This document shows, piece by piece, positions 9,668 through 17,865 of a stretch of DNA of 32,000 bases. The position numbers and the translations under genes are program-made. The stretch covers positions 3,390,001 through 3,422,000 of the forward strand of contig NZ_CP036280.1 of the NCBI RefSeq assembly GCF_007748075.1. Reading direction: 5' to 3'. Each line of letters opens with the position of its first letter. Within the stretch, counting starts at the first letter, position 1. The DNA comes from Mucisphaera calidilacus (GTDB lineage Bacteria; Planctomycetota; Phycisphaerae; Phycisphaerales; Phycisphaeraceae). Below the pieces are notes generated by a model. The model did not search any database. It saw only the letters and a list, made by a program, of their open reading frames with translations, and had not been told where the DNA came from.

Positions 9668-9716
9668 AGGATGCTTACATAACCCTTGAGGGCCGACGCC
9701 GGCCCGGGAGCATCCT
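9668..9716 (+). promoter_or_regulatory. Nested hairpin between dsbD stop and aguB start (terminator-like or translational element)
   Basis: Outer arms AGGATGCT (9668-9675) and AGCATCCT (9709-9716). Inner hairpin GGGCCG-acgc-CGGCCC (9690-9705). There is no T tract. The right outer arm overlaps the GGGAG (9706-9710) that would serve as SD for the GTG at 9721. Confidence 0.4.
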
Positions 9717-9720
9717 GATC

Positions 9721-10638
9721 GTGGGTTCGCCAGATTCGATCACACTCGGGCTTGTCCAGCACGCATGCCCCGTGGACGCGGACCCCGCCCACAGCCTCAC
9801 CCGGGCCACCGACCTGATCCGCGACGCCGCCGCGCGCGGCGCCGACCTCGTTGTCACTCAGGAACTCTTCACCGGTCACTACTTCCCCCAGACCGAAGAC
9901 CCGCATCACTTCCAACTCGCCCAGGCTATCCCCGGCCCAACCACCCGGCACCTCTGCGGCCTCGCCGCAGAGCTGGGCATCGAGATCTCCGCCTCGCTCT
10001 TCGAAAGGCGAGCCCCCGGCCTCTTCCACAACACCTCCGTCATGATCAGCCACACCGGCCAGATCACCGGCACCTACCGGAAGATGCACATCCCCGACGA
10101 CCCCCGCTTCTACGAGAAGTACTACTTCACCCCAGGCGACGCCCCCGCCCCCGGCACCACCAACGGACCCGACGCGGGCTTCAAGAACCACCCGACCCGC
10201 TTCGCCGACGTCGGCATGCTCGTCTGCTGGGACCAGTGGTACCCCGAAGCCGCACGCGTCACGGCACTTCTCGGCGCCAACGTCCTGCTCTACCCCACCG
10301 CCATCGGCTGGCACCACGAGGAAACCGACGCCGAGAAACAGCGCCAACGCGACGCCTGGCAGACCGTCCAGCGAGCCCACGCCATCGCCAACGGCGTCTA
10401 TGTCGCTGCCGTCAACCGCACCGGCACCGAAAACGAACTCACCTTCTGGGGATCCTCCTTTATCGCCGACCCGGGCGGAACCATCATCGCCCAGGCGCCC
10501 GCCGACGAAGAAGCCGTCCTCGTCGCCGAGTGCGACCTCACACGCATCCAGGAAGCACGCATCAACTGGCCCTTCCTCCGCGACCGACGCGTCGACGCCT
10601 ATGGCGACCTCATCAAACGCATGCTCGACGGCACCTGA
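9721..10638 (+). CDS. aguB: N-carbamoylputrescine amidase (carbon-nitrogen hydrolase family)
   Basis: Long collinear similarity to plant and bacterial N-carbamoylputrescine amidases: YRKMHIPDDPRFYEKYYFTPGD, VCWDQWYPEAARVTALLGANVLLYPTAIGW, FWGSSFIADPGG, EEAVLVAECDL, WPFLRDRRVDAY. GTG start. Adjacent to aguA. Confidence 0.9.
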   Translation: MGSPDSITLGLVQHACPVDADPAHSLTRATDLIRDAAARGADLVVTQELFTGHYFPQTEDPHHFQLAQAIPGPTTRHLCGLAAELGIEISASLFERRAPGLFHNTSVMISHTGQITGTYRKMHIPDDPRFYEKYYFTPGDAPAPGTTNGPDAGFKNHPTRFADVGMLVCWDQWYPEAARVTALLGANVLLYPTAIGWHHEETDAEKQRQRDAWQTVQRAHAIANGVYVAAVNRTGTENELTFWGSSFIADPGGTIIAQAPADEEAVLVAECDLTRIQEARINWPFLRDRRVDAYGDLIKRMLDGT

Positions 10639-10716
10639 GTCAGACACAGCCCGCCCCGCGCAGGGGGCACCGCTGGGTCCGACCACCCGCCGTCACCCCA
10701 ACTGAAACAAGAGGTC

Positions 10717-11835
10717 ATGCCTCCCTACTTCGAAGCCACACGCGACGGCGAGTCCGCCGTCCTCCGCCTTGGCCCCACACCCGCCGAACTCGGCTACCGC
10801 ATGCCCGCCGAGTGGGAACCCCAGCACCGCATCTGGGTCACCACCCCCACCAACCCCGACACGTTCCCCGGCTGCCTCCAGGAAGCCCAGGAACAACACG
10901 CCGAGTGGTGCGGCGCCATGTCCAGAGTCGTGAACGTCCGCGCCACCCAGTCCATCGGCATCGCCCCCGAAGACGCGTGGATCCGTGACTACGGCCCGAT
11001 CTTCCTCGTCGACGACAAGGGCGGACTCGCCTTCAACAACTACCGCTTCAACGCCTGGGGCGAGAAATACCCCCCGTGGGACAAGATGGACAACGTCCCC
11101 GACATCATCGCCGATTTCCTGGAAAACGAGATCGGCAAGCCCGTCCCCCACTGGAAGCACGACATGGTCCTCGAGGGCGGGTCCTTCGAAGTCAATGGCG
11201 TCGGCTCGCTCCTCACCACCGAGGCCTGCCTGCTCCACCCCAATCGAAACCCCACCCTCAGCAAACAGCAGATCGAGGCCAACCTCGCCGCCACCCTGGG
11301 CGTCACCAACATCATCTGGATGCCACGCGGGCTCAAAGGCGACGACACCGACGGACACCAGGACGACCTCGCTCGATGGATCAACACCGACACCATCGTC
11401 GCCATCCGAGCACCCCAAGGCCACCCCGACCACGAAGCCCTCGAAGCCAACTGGCGCGCACTCTCCGACGCACGCGACCAGAACGGCCACAAACTCAACC
11501 TCATCGAACTCCCCAACGTCAGCCCCGCCGTCACCTACGACATGCCCGCCGACTACGAGGCAGTACGCAACGACAACGGCGCAACCACCGGCTCCTCAGG
11601 CGAACACCTCCCCGCCTCCTACACCAACTACCTCATCGCCAACGGACACCTCTTCCTCCCCGTCTTCGGCAGACCCTCCGACGACCTCGCCATCAAGACC
11701 TACGAACAGGCCGCACCCCACCTCACCATCGTCCCCATCCGATGCGAGTGGCTCATCGTCGGCAGGGGGGCCCTCCACTGCCTCTCCCAACAGGAACCCG
11801 CCGTCGACGAGATGTCACCCCTTCGCCTGGATTAA
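10717..11835 (+). CDS. aguA: Agmatine deiminase
   Basis: YRMPAEWEPQHRIWVTTP, WIRDYGPIF, LEGGSFEVNGVGSLLTTEACLL..NRNP, GDDTDGHQDDLARW, SYTNYLIANG, and the catalytic-Cys context GRGALHCLSQQEP. An AAGAGG SD lies 6 nt upstream of the ATG. Confidence 0.9.
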   Translation: MPPYFEATRDGESAVLRLGPTPAELGYRMPAEWEPQHRIWVTTPTNPDTFPGCLQEAQEQHAEWCGAMSRVVNVRATQSIGIAPEDAWIRDYGPIFLVDDKGGLAFNNYRFNAWGEKYPPWDKMDNVPDIIADFLENEIGKPVPHWKHDMVLEGGSFEVNGVGSLLTTEACLLHPNRNPTLSKQQIEANLAATLGVTNIIWMPRGLKGDDTDGHQDDLARWINTDTIVAIRAPQGHPDHEALEANWRALSDARDQNGHKLNLIELPNVSPAVTYDMPADYEAVRNDNGATTGSSGEHLPASYTNYLIANGHLFLPVFGRPSDDLAIKTYEQAAPHLTIVPIRCEWLIVGRGALHCLSQQEPAVDEMSPLRLD

Positions 11836-11855
11836 CCCGGGGCATCACGAGGCCC

Positions 11856-11919
11856 GACTATTTTTAGCGCAATCGTAAAATGGTCGCGACTATTTTACGA
11901 TACAACGTAAAATGGTCGG
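11856..11919 (+). repeat. Imperfect 2 x 32-bp tandem repeat containing ATTTTACG/CGTAAAAT palindrome, overlapping the ATPase start region
   Basis: Unit A 11856-11887 is gactatttttagcgcaatcgtaaaatggtcgc. Unit B 11888-11919 is gactattttacgatacaacgtaaaatggtcgg. 24/32 positions are identical, and cgtaaaatggtcg is exact in both. Unit B contains ATTTTACG-atacaa-CGTAAAAT. The stretch is an AT-rich patch in a GC-rich genome. Confidence 0.8.
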
Positions 11920-13129
11920 TATGACACACGCCCCGCGCATCTACGACGCCTTCCTGGATGAGCACCTCCGCAGCCATCGGCAGATGGCCTTCGTCTCAGG
12001 CCCGAGACAGGTGGGAAAAACCACCACGTGCCGACAGCACGCCACACAGACCCTCAACTGGGACAACGACGACCACCGCGAGACGATCCTGGCTGGTGCA
12101 CAGGCCATCGCCGCGCAACTCGGCATCCACCAACTCGCCGAGCAGCCGGAGACGCTCCTGCTGGACGAAATCCATAAATACAACCGCTGGAAGAAACTGC
12201 TCAAAGGCCTCTTCGACACCCACGCCGATCAGCTGAAGATCATCGTCTCAGGCTCCAGCCGGCTCGATGTCTACCAGCGCGTTGGTGACAGCCTCATGGG
12301 CCGCTATTTCCTCTACCGCATGCACCCCTTCTCCGTCGCCGAGACCCTGCATGCCGACCTGCCCGACCCCGCAGCAATCCTCCGGCAACCTCATAAGCCC
12401 GGCCAGACCGAGTTTGACGCCCTCTGGGAGCATGGCGGCTTCCCCGAACCCTTCCTCAAACGCGATCCACGATTCACGCGCCGGTGGCAGATCCTCCGCA
12501 CGCAGCAACTCCTGCGCGAAGACGTCCGCGACCAGACACGCATCCAGCAACTCGATCAACTCGAGCACGTCGCCCGCCTGCTCAACGACGCCTCAGGCCA
12601 GCAACTCGTCTACAGCAGCATCGCCAAACATACACGCGTCTCCGTCGACACCGCCCGACGCTGGATCAAGACGCTCTCCGACCTCCACCATGGCTTTCTC
12701 ATCAAGCCCTGGCACAGCAACATCCAACGCTCCCTGCGAAAAGAACCCAAGTGGTTCCTCCGCGACTGGTCAAACGTGAGTCAACCCGGACCCAAAGCAG
12801 AAACCTTCGTCGCCTGTCACCTGCTCAAGGCCGTCGAAGGCTGGAACGACCTCGGCCTCGGCAGCTTCCAACTCGCCTACCTCCGCGACAAGGATCAACA
12901 TGAGGTCGACTTCATCGTCATCCGTGACAACGAGCCCTGGATGCTGGTGGAAGTCAAGATGACCGACACGAAGCTCAGCCCCGCACTCGCAAAATTCCAG
13001 AAGCAGACCGGCGCACCCTACGCCCTGCAGGTCGTGATCAGCCTCGACTACGTCAATCAAGACTGCTTCAAAAAACAGGGACGACCCGGGGTCGTCCCTG
13101 CACAAACGTTCCTGTCTCAACTGCTCTGA
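11912..13129 (+). CDS. AAA+ ATPase of the AAA_14/DUF4143 (COG1373-like) family with C-terminal PD-(D/E)xK-like motif
   Basis: Walker A GPRQVGKTT, Walker B LLLDEIHK, and a C-terminal HEVDFIVIRDNEPWMLVEVK. The start is either ATG 11912 (inside repeat unit B) or ATG 11921. Confidence 0.8.
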   Translation: MVGMTHAPRIYDAFLDEHLRSHRQMAFVSGPRQVGKTTTCRQHATQTLNWDNDDHRETILAGAQAIAAQLGIHQLAEQPETLLLDEIHKYNRWKKLLKGLFDTHADQLKIIVSGSSRLDVYQRVGDSLMGRYFLYRMHPFSVAETLHADLPDPAAILRQPHKPGQTEFDALWEHGGFPEPFLKRDPRFTRRWQILRTQQLLREDVRDQTRIQQLDQLEHVARLLNDASGQQLVYSSIAKHTRVSVDTARRWIKTLSDLHHGFLIKPWHSNIQRSLRKEPKWFLRDWSNVSQPGPKAETFVACHLLKAVEGWNDLGLGSFQLAYLRDKDQHEVDFIVIRDNEPWMLVEVKMTDTKLSPALAKFQKQTGAPYALQVVISLDYVNQDCFKKQGRPGVVPAQTFLSQLL

Positions 13130-13145
13130 AAACCTCGCATCCCGC

Positions 13146-15035
13146 TCAAGCCCCCGGGCCCAGCGCCTCGTACTCCGTCACGCTCGCGTCCGACAGGCAC
13201 GCTTCGATGATCTTCTGACCATGCGGATCAAGATCCGCAACCGAGAACGCGCTGATCTGATCGTGGAAGAACGCCTTGAGCACCTCGGCGCCCGCGTCAT
13301 AACCCGACTCGCCCACCTCAGGCTGCGTCTCGACACGCAGGAAACCCTCGGGGATCTCCGTCCCCTCCACCTGCATCGACTTGAGCGAGTACCCCAGCAA
13401 CGGGCAACGCGCCGCCAGCAGCCGGTCCTTGGGGAACACCGACGAACCACGACGCGCCAGATACTCGCGAACGATCCACTGAGGCGTAAAGCTCGTCTCC
13501 CAGCAGCCGACGTGCTGGTTCGGGATCAGCACAAAAAGCGTCTCATCCGTGTTCATGAACTGGCTCAACAACAGGTTCGCCTGATCCACCGCACGACCCG
13601 TCGCGAACGGCCAGTAGCTGCCCACGCCCTCACTGGTCATACCCTGAGTGTCCACGATCGACGGGTTCGCATGGCCACGCGGCGCCACCAGACGCCACAG
13701 CCACGCCAGCGCAGGCGGCAGAATGTTGATCATCCCCAGCACGCCATACGTCGGCTGCTCGGCCGTGCACGGAGGCGTACGCACACCAAAACTCCGCACG
13801 TCCACCGTCACCGGCTCCGTCACGATGTTCGGATAATCCTTACGCGGCATGATCACACGCGGGTTCGGGCAAGGCACGCCCGGCTCGTCCTCAATCGCAT
13901 CCCAGATCAACGCCGTGCTCCCCGGCTTCGCGTCAATGTTCAAGAACAACAAAGGCGAAGGCGGATTGATCGTCATCGCCTCCAGGTGCGGGTCCGTCCC
14001 GTACTTCGTGATGTGATTCACACGCAGGAACCACGCGTCCTCCGCATCATAGAGCGTCAGCTTCTTGACCTCGGGTTTCTGATAATCCGGGTGGCACAAC
14101 GCCATGTCGTCCGTCACCGGGTGCAGCCGACACCCACGCGGCAGGGTCAGATACTTCGACTCACCCGTCACCGTGTTCGTCCCCAGACGGATCTGGCCGT
14201 CCTGCTCACGGTGCATCTGCTCGAGCATCTCGCTCTTGCCACCACCCGAAGCACCCTCGTGCATGATCGTGCACGTGTTGTCGTAAGGCGTCACGACCTG
14301 AACCGTCGAGCAGTGCGCCGTCACCCAGCCCTCATATTCGCCTCGGTTCAGCAGCACCCCGTAAATACCCTTCTTCGCCGACGGACCCGGGTACAGGTTG
14401 TAGCTGAACAACTCGTGCACCTGCTCGCGACGGTTGTGCACCACGACCTGACGACCCTCGAAATGCGTGTGGCGGAAGGGCGGAGCGACATAAATGATCG
14501 CCTCGTGGAAGAACTCCTCACGGATCTCCTCCTTCGGCAGGATGCCCTGAAGCATCGCCAGACCCAACGCGAAGAACGCCGCGTTCGCCGGCGCAATCGC
14601 CACCGCCTCCGTACCCTTGCCGGCCAACCCCGCGTTGAATACGAAGTAAGCCAGGTCCTGCGTCTTCATCCAGTCAAACGTCGCCTGACGCACGTCCTCC
14701 CAGTCCTTGTCCGGGAAACGCTCGTCCCACGTCCGCTTGCCCGTCGGCCGCTTGTCCGCGATCACCATGCAGTCCGGGTCACGGCGACGCATGTACGGCT
14801 CGACATAATTCGCACTGATGCCGTTACGCACCCGGCACACTTCAAGCTCCGGCACGTAACCGCGGCCCTCCACCTCGTAACCCACCGTGAAGATCCCCCG
14901 CGCATCGACGCCATCCTCCGGCACCGCCAGGCGGATCAGATCCTCCACACTACCCACGAAAGTCGCCGACTTTGCCCCCTTTAACACGTCTTCCGCGGAT
15001 TGGGACATGCTGACTGGCAGATCAATCGCACTCAT
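13146..15035 (-). CDS. Uncharacterised 629-aa protein with PEPCK/HprK-like P-loop (possibly the DUF4914 family; unverified)
   Basis: Long clean ORF with native NNC codon bias. The P-loop GASGGGKSEMLEQ (nt 14232-14255 encode GASGGGKS) is preceded by PSAKKGIYGVL..VTAHCST. This parallels the ATP-PEPCK motifs GEMKKGMFS..SMHCSA..GLSGTGKTTLS and the HprK motif GxSGxGKSE. Confidence 0.85.
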   Translation of the reverse strand: MSAIDLPVSMSQSAEDVLKGAKSATFVGSVEDLIRLAVPEDGVDARGIFTVGYEVEGRGYVPELEVCRVRNGISANYVEPYMRRRDPDCMVIADKRPTGKRTWDERFPDKDWEDVRQATFDWMKTQDLAYFVFNAGLAGKGTEAVAIAPANAAFFALGLAMLQGILPKEEIREEFFHEAIIYVAPPFRHTHFEGRQVVVHNRREQVHELFSYNLYPGPSAKKGIYGVLLNRGEYEGWVTAHCSTVQVVTPYDNTCTIMHEGASGGGKSEMLEQMHREQDGQIRLGTNTVTGESKYLTLPRGCRLHPVTDDMALCHPDYQKPEVKKLTLYDAEDAWFLRVNHITKYGTDPHLEAMTINPPSPLLFLNIDAKPGSTALIWDAIEDEPGVPCPNPRVIMPRKDYPNIVTEPVTVDVRSFGVRTPPCTAEQPTYGVLGMINILPPALAWLWRLVAPRGHANPSIVDTQGMTSEGVGSYWPFATGRAVDQANLLLSQFMNTDETLFVLIPNQHVGCWETSFTPQWIVREYLARRGSSVFPKDRLLAARCPLLGYSLKSMQVEGTEIPEGFLRVETQPEVGESGYDAGAEVLKAFFHDQISAFSVADLDPHGQKIIEACLSDASVTEYEALGPGA

Positions 15036-15073
15036 AGCTCAACTCCGTTTCGCAACAGGGTTCCTTGGCTCAT

Positions 15074-15100
15074 CTCAACATTAATCTCATTAATGTTGAG
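15074..15100. promoter_or_regulatory. Perfect 12-bp inverted repeat (CTCAACATTAAT-ctc-ATTAATGTTGAG) in divergent promoter region
   Basis: Read directly from the sequence. It lies 39 nt upstream of the minus-strand start at 15035 and ~200 nt upstream of the plus-strand PEP-CTERM gene. Both neighbours are transcribed away from it, so it is not a terminator. Confidence 0.6.
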
Positions 15101-15203
15101 GCAGCTTAGGTGATTTACCGACGCAACTCAAGAGTCACAGGACACCCGGCGATTTAACGAACACAATCTGAATAAACCGTCTTTCCCTCCGGGTATATAC
15201 CTA

Positions 15204-15232
15204 TTGACTCAGCCCTATACACCGCATAAATA
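15204..15232 (+). promoter_or_regulatory. Candidate sigma70-like promoter for the PEP-CTERM gene (TTGACT-N17-TAAATA)
   Basis: TTGACT at 15204-15209, a 17-nt spacer, then TAAATA at 15227-15232, ~70 nt upstream of ATG 15302. Promoter rules for this lineage are not known to me. Confidence 0.3.
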
Positions 15233-15301
15233 AAGACTTAAGGGCCTAATGGTATCTTTATGGATCGCTCCCGCCCTGACAACCAGAAAGGAGTTAGGGA
15301 C

Positions 15302-16354
15302 ATGACCACGAACCGACGCGCGCTCACTTGGGTCGTCGCACTGCTTGCCTGCGCCGCAAGCCTCACCACCGCCCCCGCGGCACTCCTCTCCGATACCGAA
15401 CTCTACCTCGACCCCAACGACGTGCCCCTCGCCGTCTACGACAAGGTCTTCCTGCCCGACCTCGCCGCGGCCAACACACACACCTGGCCCGCCGACCTCG
15501 ACCCCGTCACCACCGCGCAGATCGTCCCCATGATCAGGCCGGGCGACTACGCCGACGACTACGCCTACTCCCAGTCCGACTACCTCTACGCCCCCAACGT
15601 CGACTACACCGCCGACCTCACCGCCGGCGAACTCACCACCACCTTCCTGGAAGGCGGCCTCTACCACGTTCAGGTCACACGCCAGTCCGGTGCCGCCGAG
15701 ATCTTCGCCATCTTCGCCCAGGCATGGTTCGGCCCCGGCGCGGAAGAACAAAAAACCAAACCGGACAAACCCGTCACCATCCCCGACGCCGACCTCTACA
15801 TCGTCTCGGAATCCCCCAAGCCCGATCCCCCCGTCGCTGATAAGGACGACCCCACAGGCTACGAAGACCTCGCCGTCAAGGTCCTCACCGCGAACAAGGG
15901 AGCCGACAAGGTCAAACGCGCCAAGTCCGTTCAGGACGCGATCAAGCTCATCAACCAACTCGAGGGCACCGGCAAACACGTCGAACTCGTCGGACACGGC
16001 ACCGCAGGGGGGATCTCCCTCGGCGGAGGATTCACCGCCAACCTCGTGCCCACCGGCTTCGTCGGCACCACCGCCAAAGCCTTCGCCACCGCCATCAAAG
16101 ACAAGAAAATCACCCTCACCCATATCTCATGCAACACCGGCGCCGGCACAGACGGCCAGGAATACGCCAAAGAACTCGAAGACAACGGCGTCACCGACTC
16201 CCTCGCCTACGACAGCGAAGTCATCTTCTACGAGAACAGCAAGGGCGGTTACCTCGCCGTCCCCCACAACGCCTCCGGCAAGCAGATCCCCGAACCCGCC
16301 ACACTCACACTCATGCTCCTCGCCGCCTCAACCCTGACACGCCGGGCAGCCTGA
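15302..16354 (+). CDS. PEP-CTERM-anchored secreted protein (central GHGTAGG region reminiscent of DUF4347)
   Basis: An AGGAG SD precedes ATG 15302, so the track start at 15260 was rejected. Signal peptide MTTNRRALTWVVALLACAASLTTAPA. The C-terminus IPEPATLTLMLLAASTLTRRAA is a PEP-CTERM signal (PEP, a TM helix, then an Arg cluster). Confidence 0.8.
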   Translation: MTTNRRALTWVVALLACAASLTTAPAALLSDTELYLDPNDVPLAVYDKVFLPDLAAANTHTWPADLDPVTTAQIVPMIRPGDYADDYAYSQSDYLYAPNVDYTADLTAGELTTTFLEGGLYHVQVTRQSGAAEIFAIFAQAWFGPGAEEQKTKPDKPVTIPDADLYIVSESPKPDPPVADKDDPTGYEDLAVKVLTANKGADKVKRAKSVQDAIKLINQLEGTGKHVELVGHGTAGGISLGGGFTANLVPTGFVGTTAKAFATAIKDKKITLTHISCNTGAGTDGQEYAKELEDNGVTDSLAYDSEVIFYENSKGGYLAVPHNASGKQIPEPATLTLMLLAASTLTRRAA

Positions 16355-16430
16355 GAAAAAGGCCTCACAACGCCAATCAACACCTCCGCTTATGGGTAAA
16401 TCACCCCCATGGCGACAGGGATCGGACGAT

Positions 16431-16446
16431 ATTAGGATAACCTAAT
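16431..16446 (+). promoter_or_regulatory. Small AT-rich palindrome ATTAGG-ataa-CCTAAT upstream of trpB2
   Basis: Read directly from the sequence, ~40 nt upstream of the GTG at 16484. It overlaps a second pairing, AGGAT..ATCCT. Confidence 0.3.
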
Positions 16447-16483
16447 CCTGATATCGATCGCCACCACCCGCACGAGGTGTCCC

Positions 16484-17839
16484 GTGTCCAAAAAGTTCTT
16501 CCTGCCCGAATCCGAGATGTGCACCCAGTGGTACAACGCCATCCCCGACATCCCAGGCGGACTCGAGCCACCACGACACCCCGGCACCGGCCAGAATCTC
16601 GACCCCTCCGAACTCGCCATCATCTTCCCCGAGCCGCTCATCGAACAGGAGGTGAGCACCCAACGCTGGATCGACATCCCCGAAGAGGTCAACGACATCC
16701 TCCGGCTCTGGCGGCCCACACCCCTCGTCCGCGCCACCAACCTCGAACGCGTCATCGGTGCCAAGGCACGCATCTACTACAAGAACGAGGCCGTCTCTCC
16801 CGCCGGCAGCCACAAACCCAACTCCGCCGTCGCTCAGGTCTACGCCAACAAACAGGTCGGCATCGAAAAACTCGCCACCGAAACCGGCGCCGGACAGTGG
16901 GGATCCTCCCTCGCACTCGCCTGCTGCGTGTTCGGCGTCGAATGCCTCGTCTACATGGTCAAGTGCTCCTACGAACAGAAACCCTTCCGACGCTCCATGA
17001 TGCAGACCTGGAAGGGACGCGCCATCCCCAGCCCCTCCGACACCACCGCCGCCGGACGAGCCGTCCTCGCCGATGACCCCGAATGCCCCGGATCCCTCGG
17101 CATCGCCATCAGCGAAGCCGTCGAGATCGCCGCCCAGAATCCCGACACCAACTACGCGCTCGGCTCCGTCCTCAACCACGTCCTCCTCCACCAGACCGTC
17201 ATCGGACTCGAGGCCCGCAAGCAGTTCGCTATGGCCGGCGAATCTCTGCCCGACGTCGTCGTCGGATGCTGTGGCGGAGGATCCAACTTCGCCGGCATCG
17301 CCACACCCTTCCTCGAAGAAAAACTCACCGGCAAAAAAGACATCCGATTCGTCGCCGTCGAACCCGCTGCCTGCCCCACCATGACACGCGGACACTTCGC
17401 CTACGACTTCGGCGACCTCGCCGGTCTCACACCCCTCCTCAAGATGCACACCCTCGGCAGCAAGTTCGTGCCGCCAGGCATCCACGCCGGCGGACTCCGA
17501 TACCACGGCATGGCACCCATCGTCTCCGCCCTCATCCGCGACGGACTCGTCGAACCCCTCGCCCTCCACCAGAACGAGTGCTTCGAGGCCGCCGTCACCT
17601 TCGCCCAGTCCGAAGGCATCATCCCCGCGCCCGAGTCCAGCCACGCCGTCCGCGCCGCCATCATCGAGGCACGCAAACCCGAGAACACCGACAAGGTCGT
17701 CCTCTTCAACCTCTCCGGACACGGCCACTTCGACATGCTCAGCTACGACAAATACTTCAGCATGCAACTCGAAGACTTCGACCTCCCCCAGCAGCACCTC
17801 GACGCCGCCGCACAACACCTCCCGGCCAACACGGCCTGA
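16484..17839 (+). CDS. TrpB-like PLP-dependent enzyme (tryptophan synthase beta chain 2 type, TrpB2)
   Basis: The N-terminus LPESEMCTQWYNAIPDIP..LEPPRHPGTGQ is typical of the TrpB2 clade. PLP-lysine context SPAGSHKPNSAVAQ; also GCCGGGSNFAGI and LFNLSGHGHFD. GTG start. Confidence 0.85.
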   Translation: MSKKFFLPESEMCTQWYNAIPDIPGGLEPPRHPGTGQNLDPSELAIIFPEPLIEQEVSTQRWIDIPEEVNDILRLWRPTPLVRATNLERVIGAKARIYYKNEAVSPAGSHKPNSAVAQVYANKQVGIEKLATETGAGQWGSSLALACCVFGVECLVYMVKCSYEQKPFRRSMMQTWKGRAIPSPSDTTAAGRAVLADDPECPGSLGIAISEAVEIAAQNPDTNYALGSVLNHVLLHQTVIGLEARKQFAMAGESLPDVVVGCCGGGSNFAGIATPFLEEKLTGKKDIRFVAVEPAACPTMTRGHFAYDFGDLAGLTPLLKMHTLGSKFVPPGIHAGGLRYHGMAPIVSALIRDGLVEPLALHQNECFEAAVTFAQSEGIIPAPESSHAVRAAIIEARKPENTDKVVLFNLSGHGHFDMLSYDKYFSMQLEDFDLPQQHLDAAAQHLPANTA

Positions 17840-17865
17840 CCGTCATTCCCATCTATACTCCGCGA

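Noticed and set aside
9765-10988. 407-aa ORF spanning the aguB/aguA junction
   Set aside because: It is an Arg/Pro/His-rich out-of-frame product overlapping two genes with unambiguous enzyme homology.
13221-14984. 587-aa plus-strand ORF opposite the PEPCK-like gene
   Set aside because: The composition is extremely Arg-rich (RRxxR runs), typical of antisense GC-rich coding DNA. The minus-strand frame has the P-loop and a globular composition.
17083-17865. N-terminal 261-aa extension of the beta-helix ORF
   Set aside because: It overlaps trpB2 in another frame and is Arg/Pro junk. The beta-helix sequence proper begins at ATG 17866, right after the trpB2 stop.
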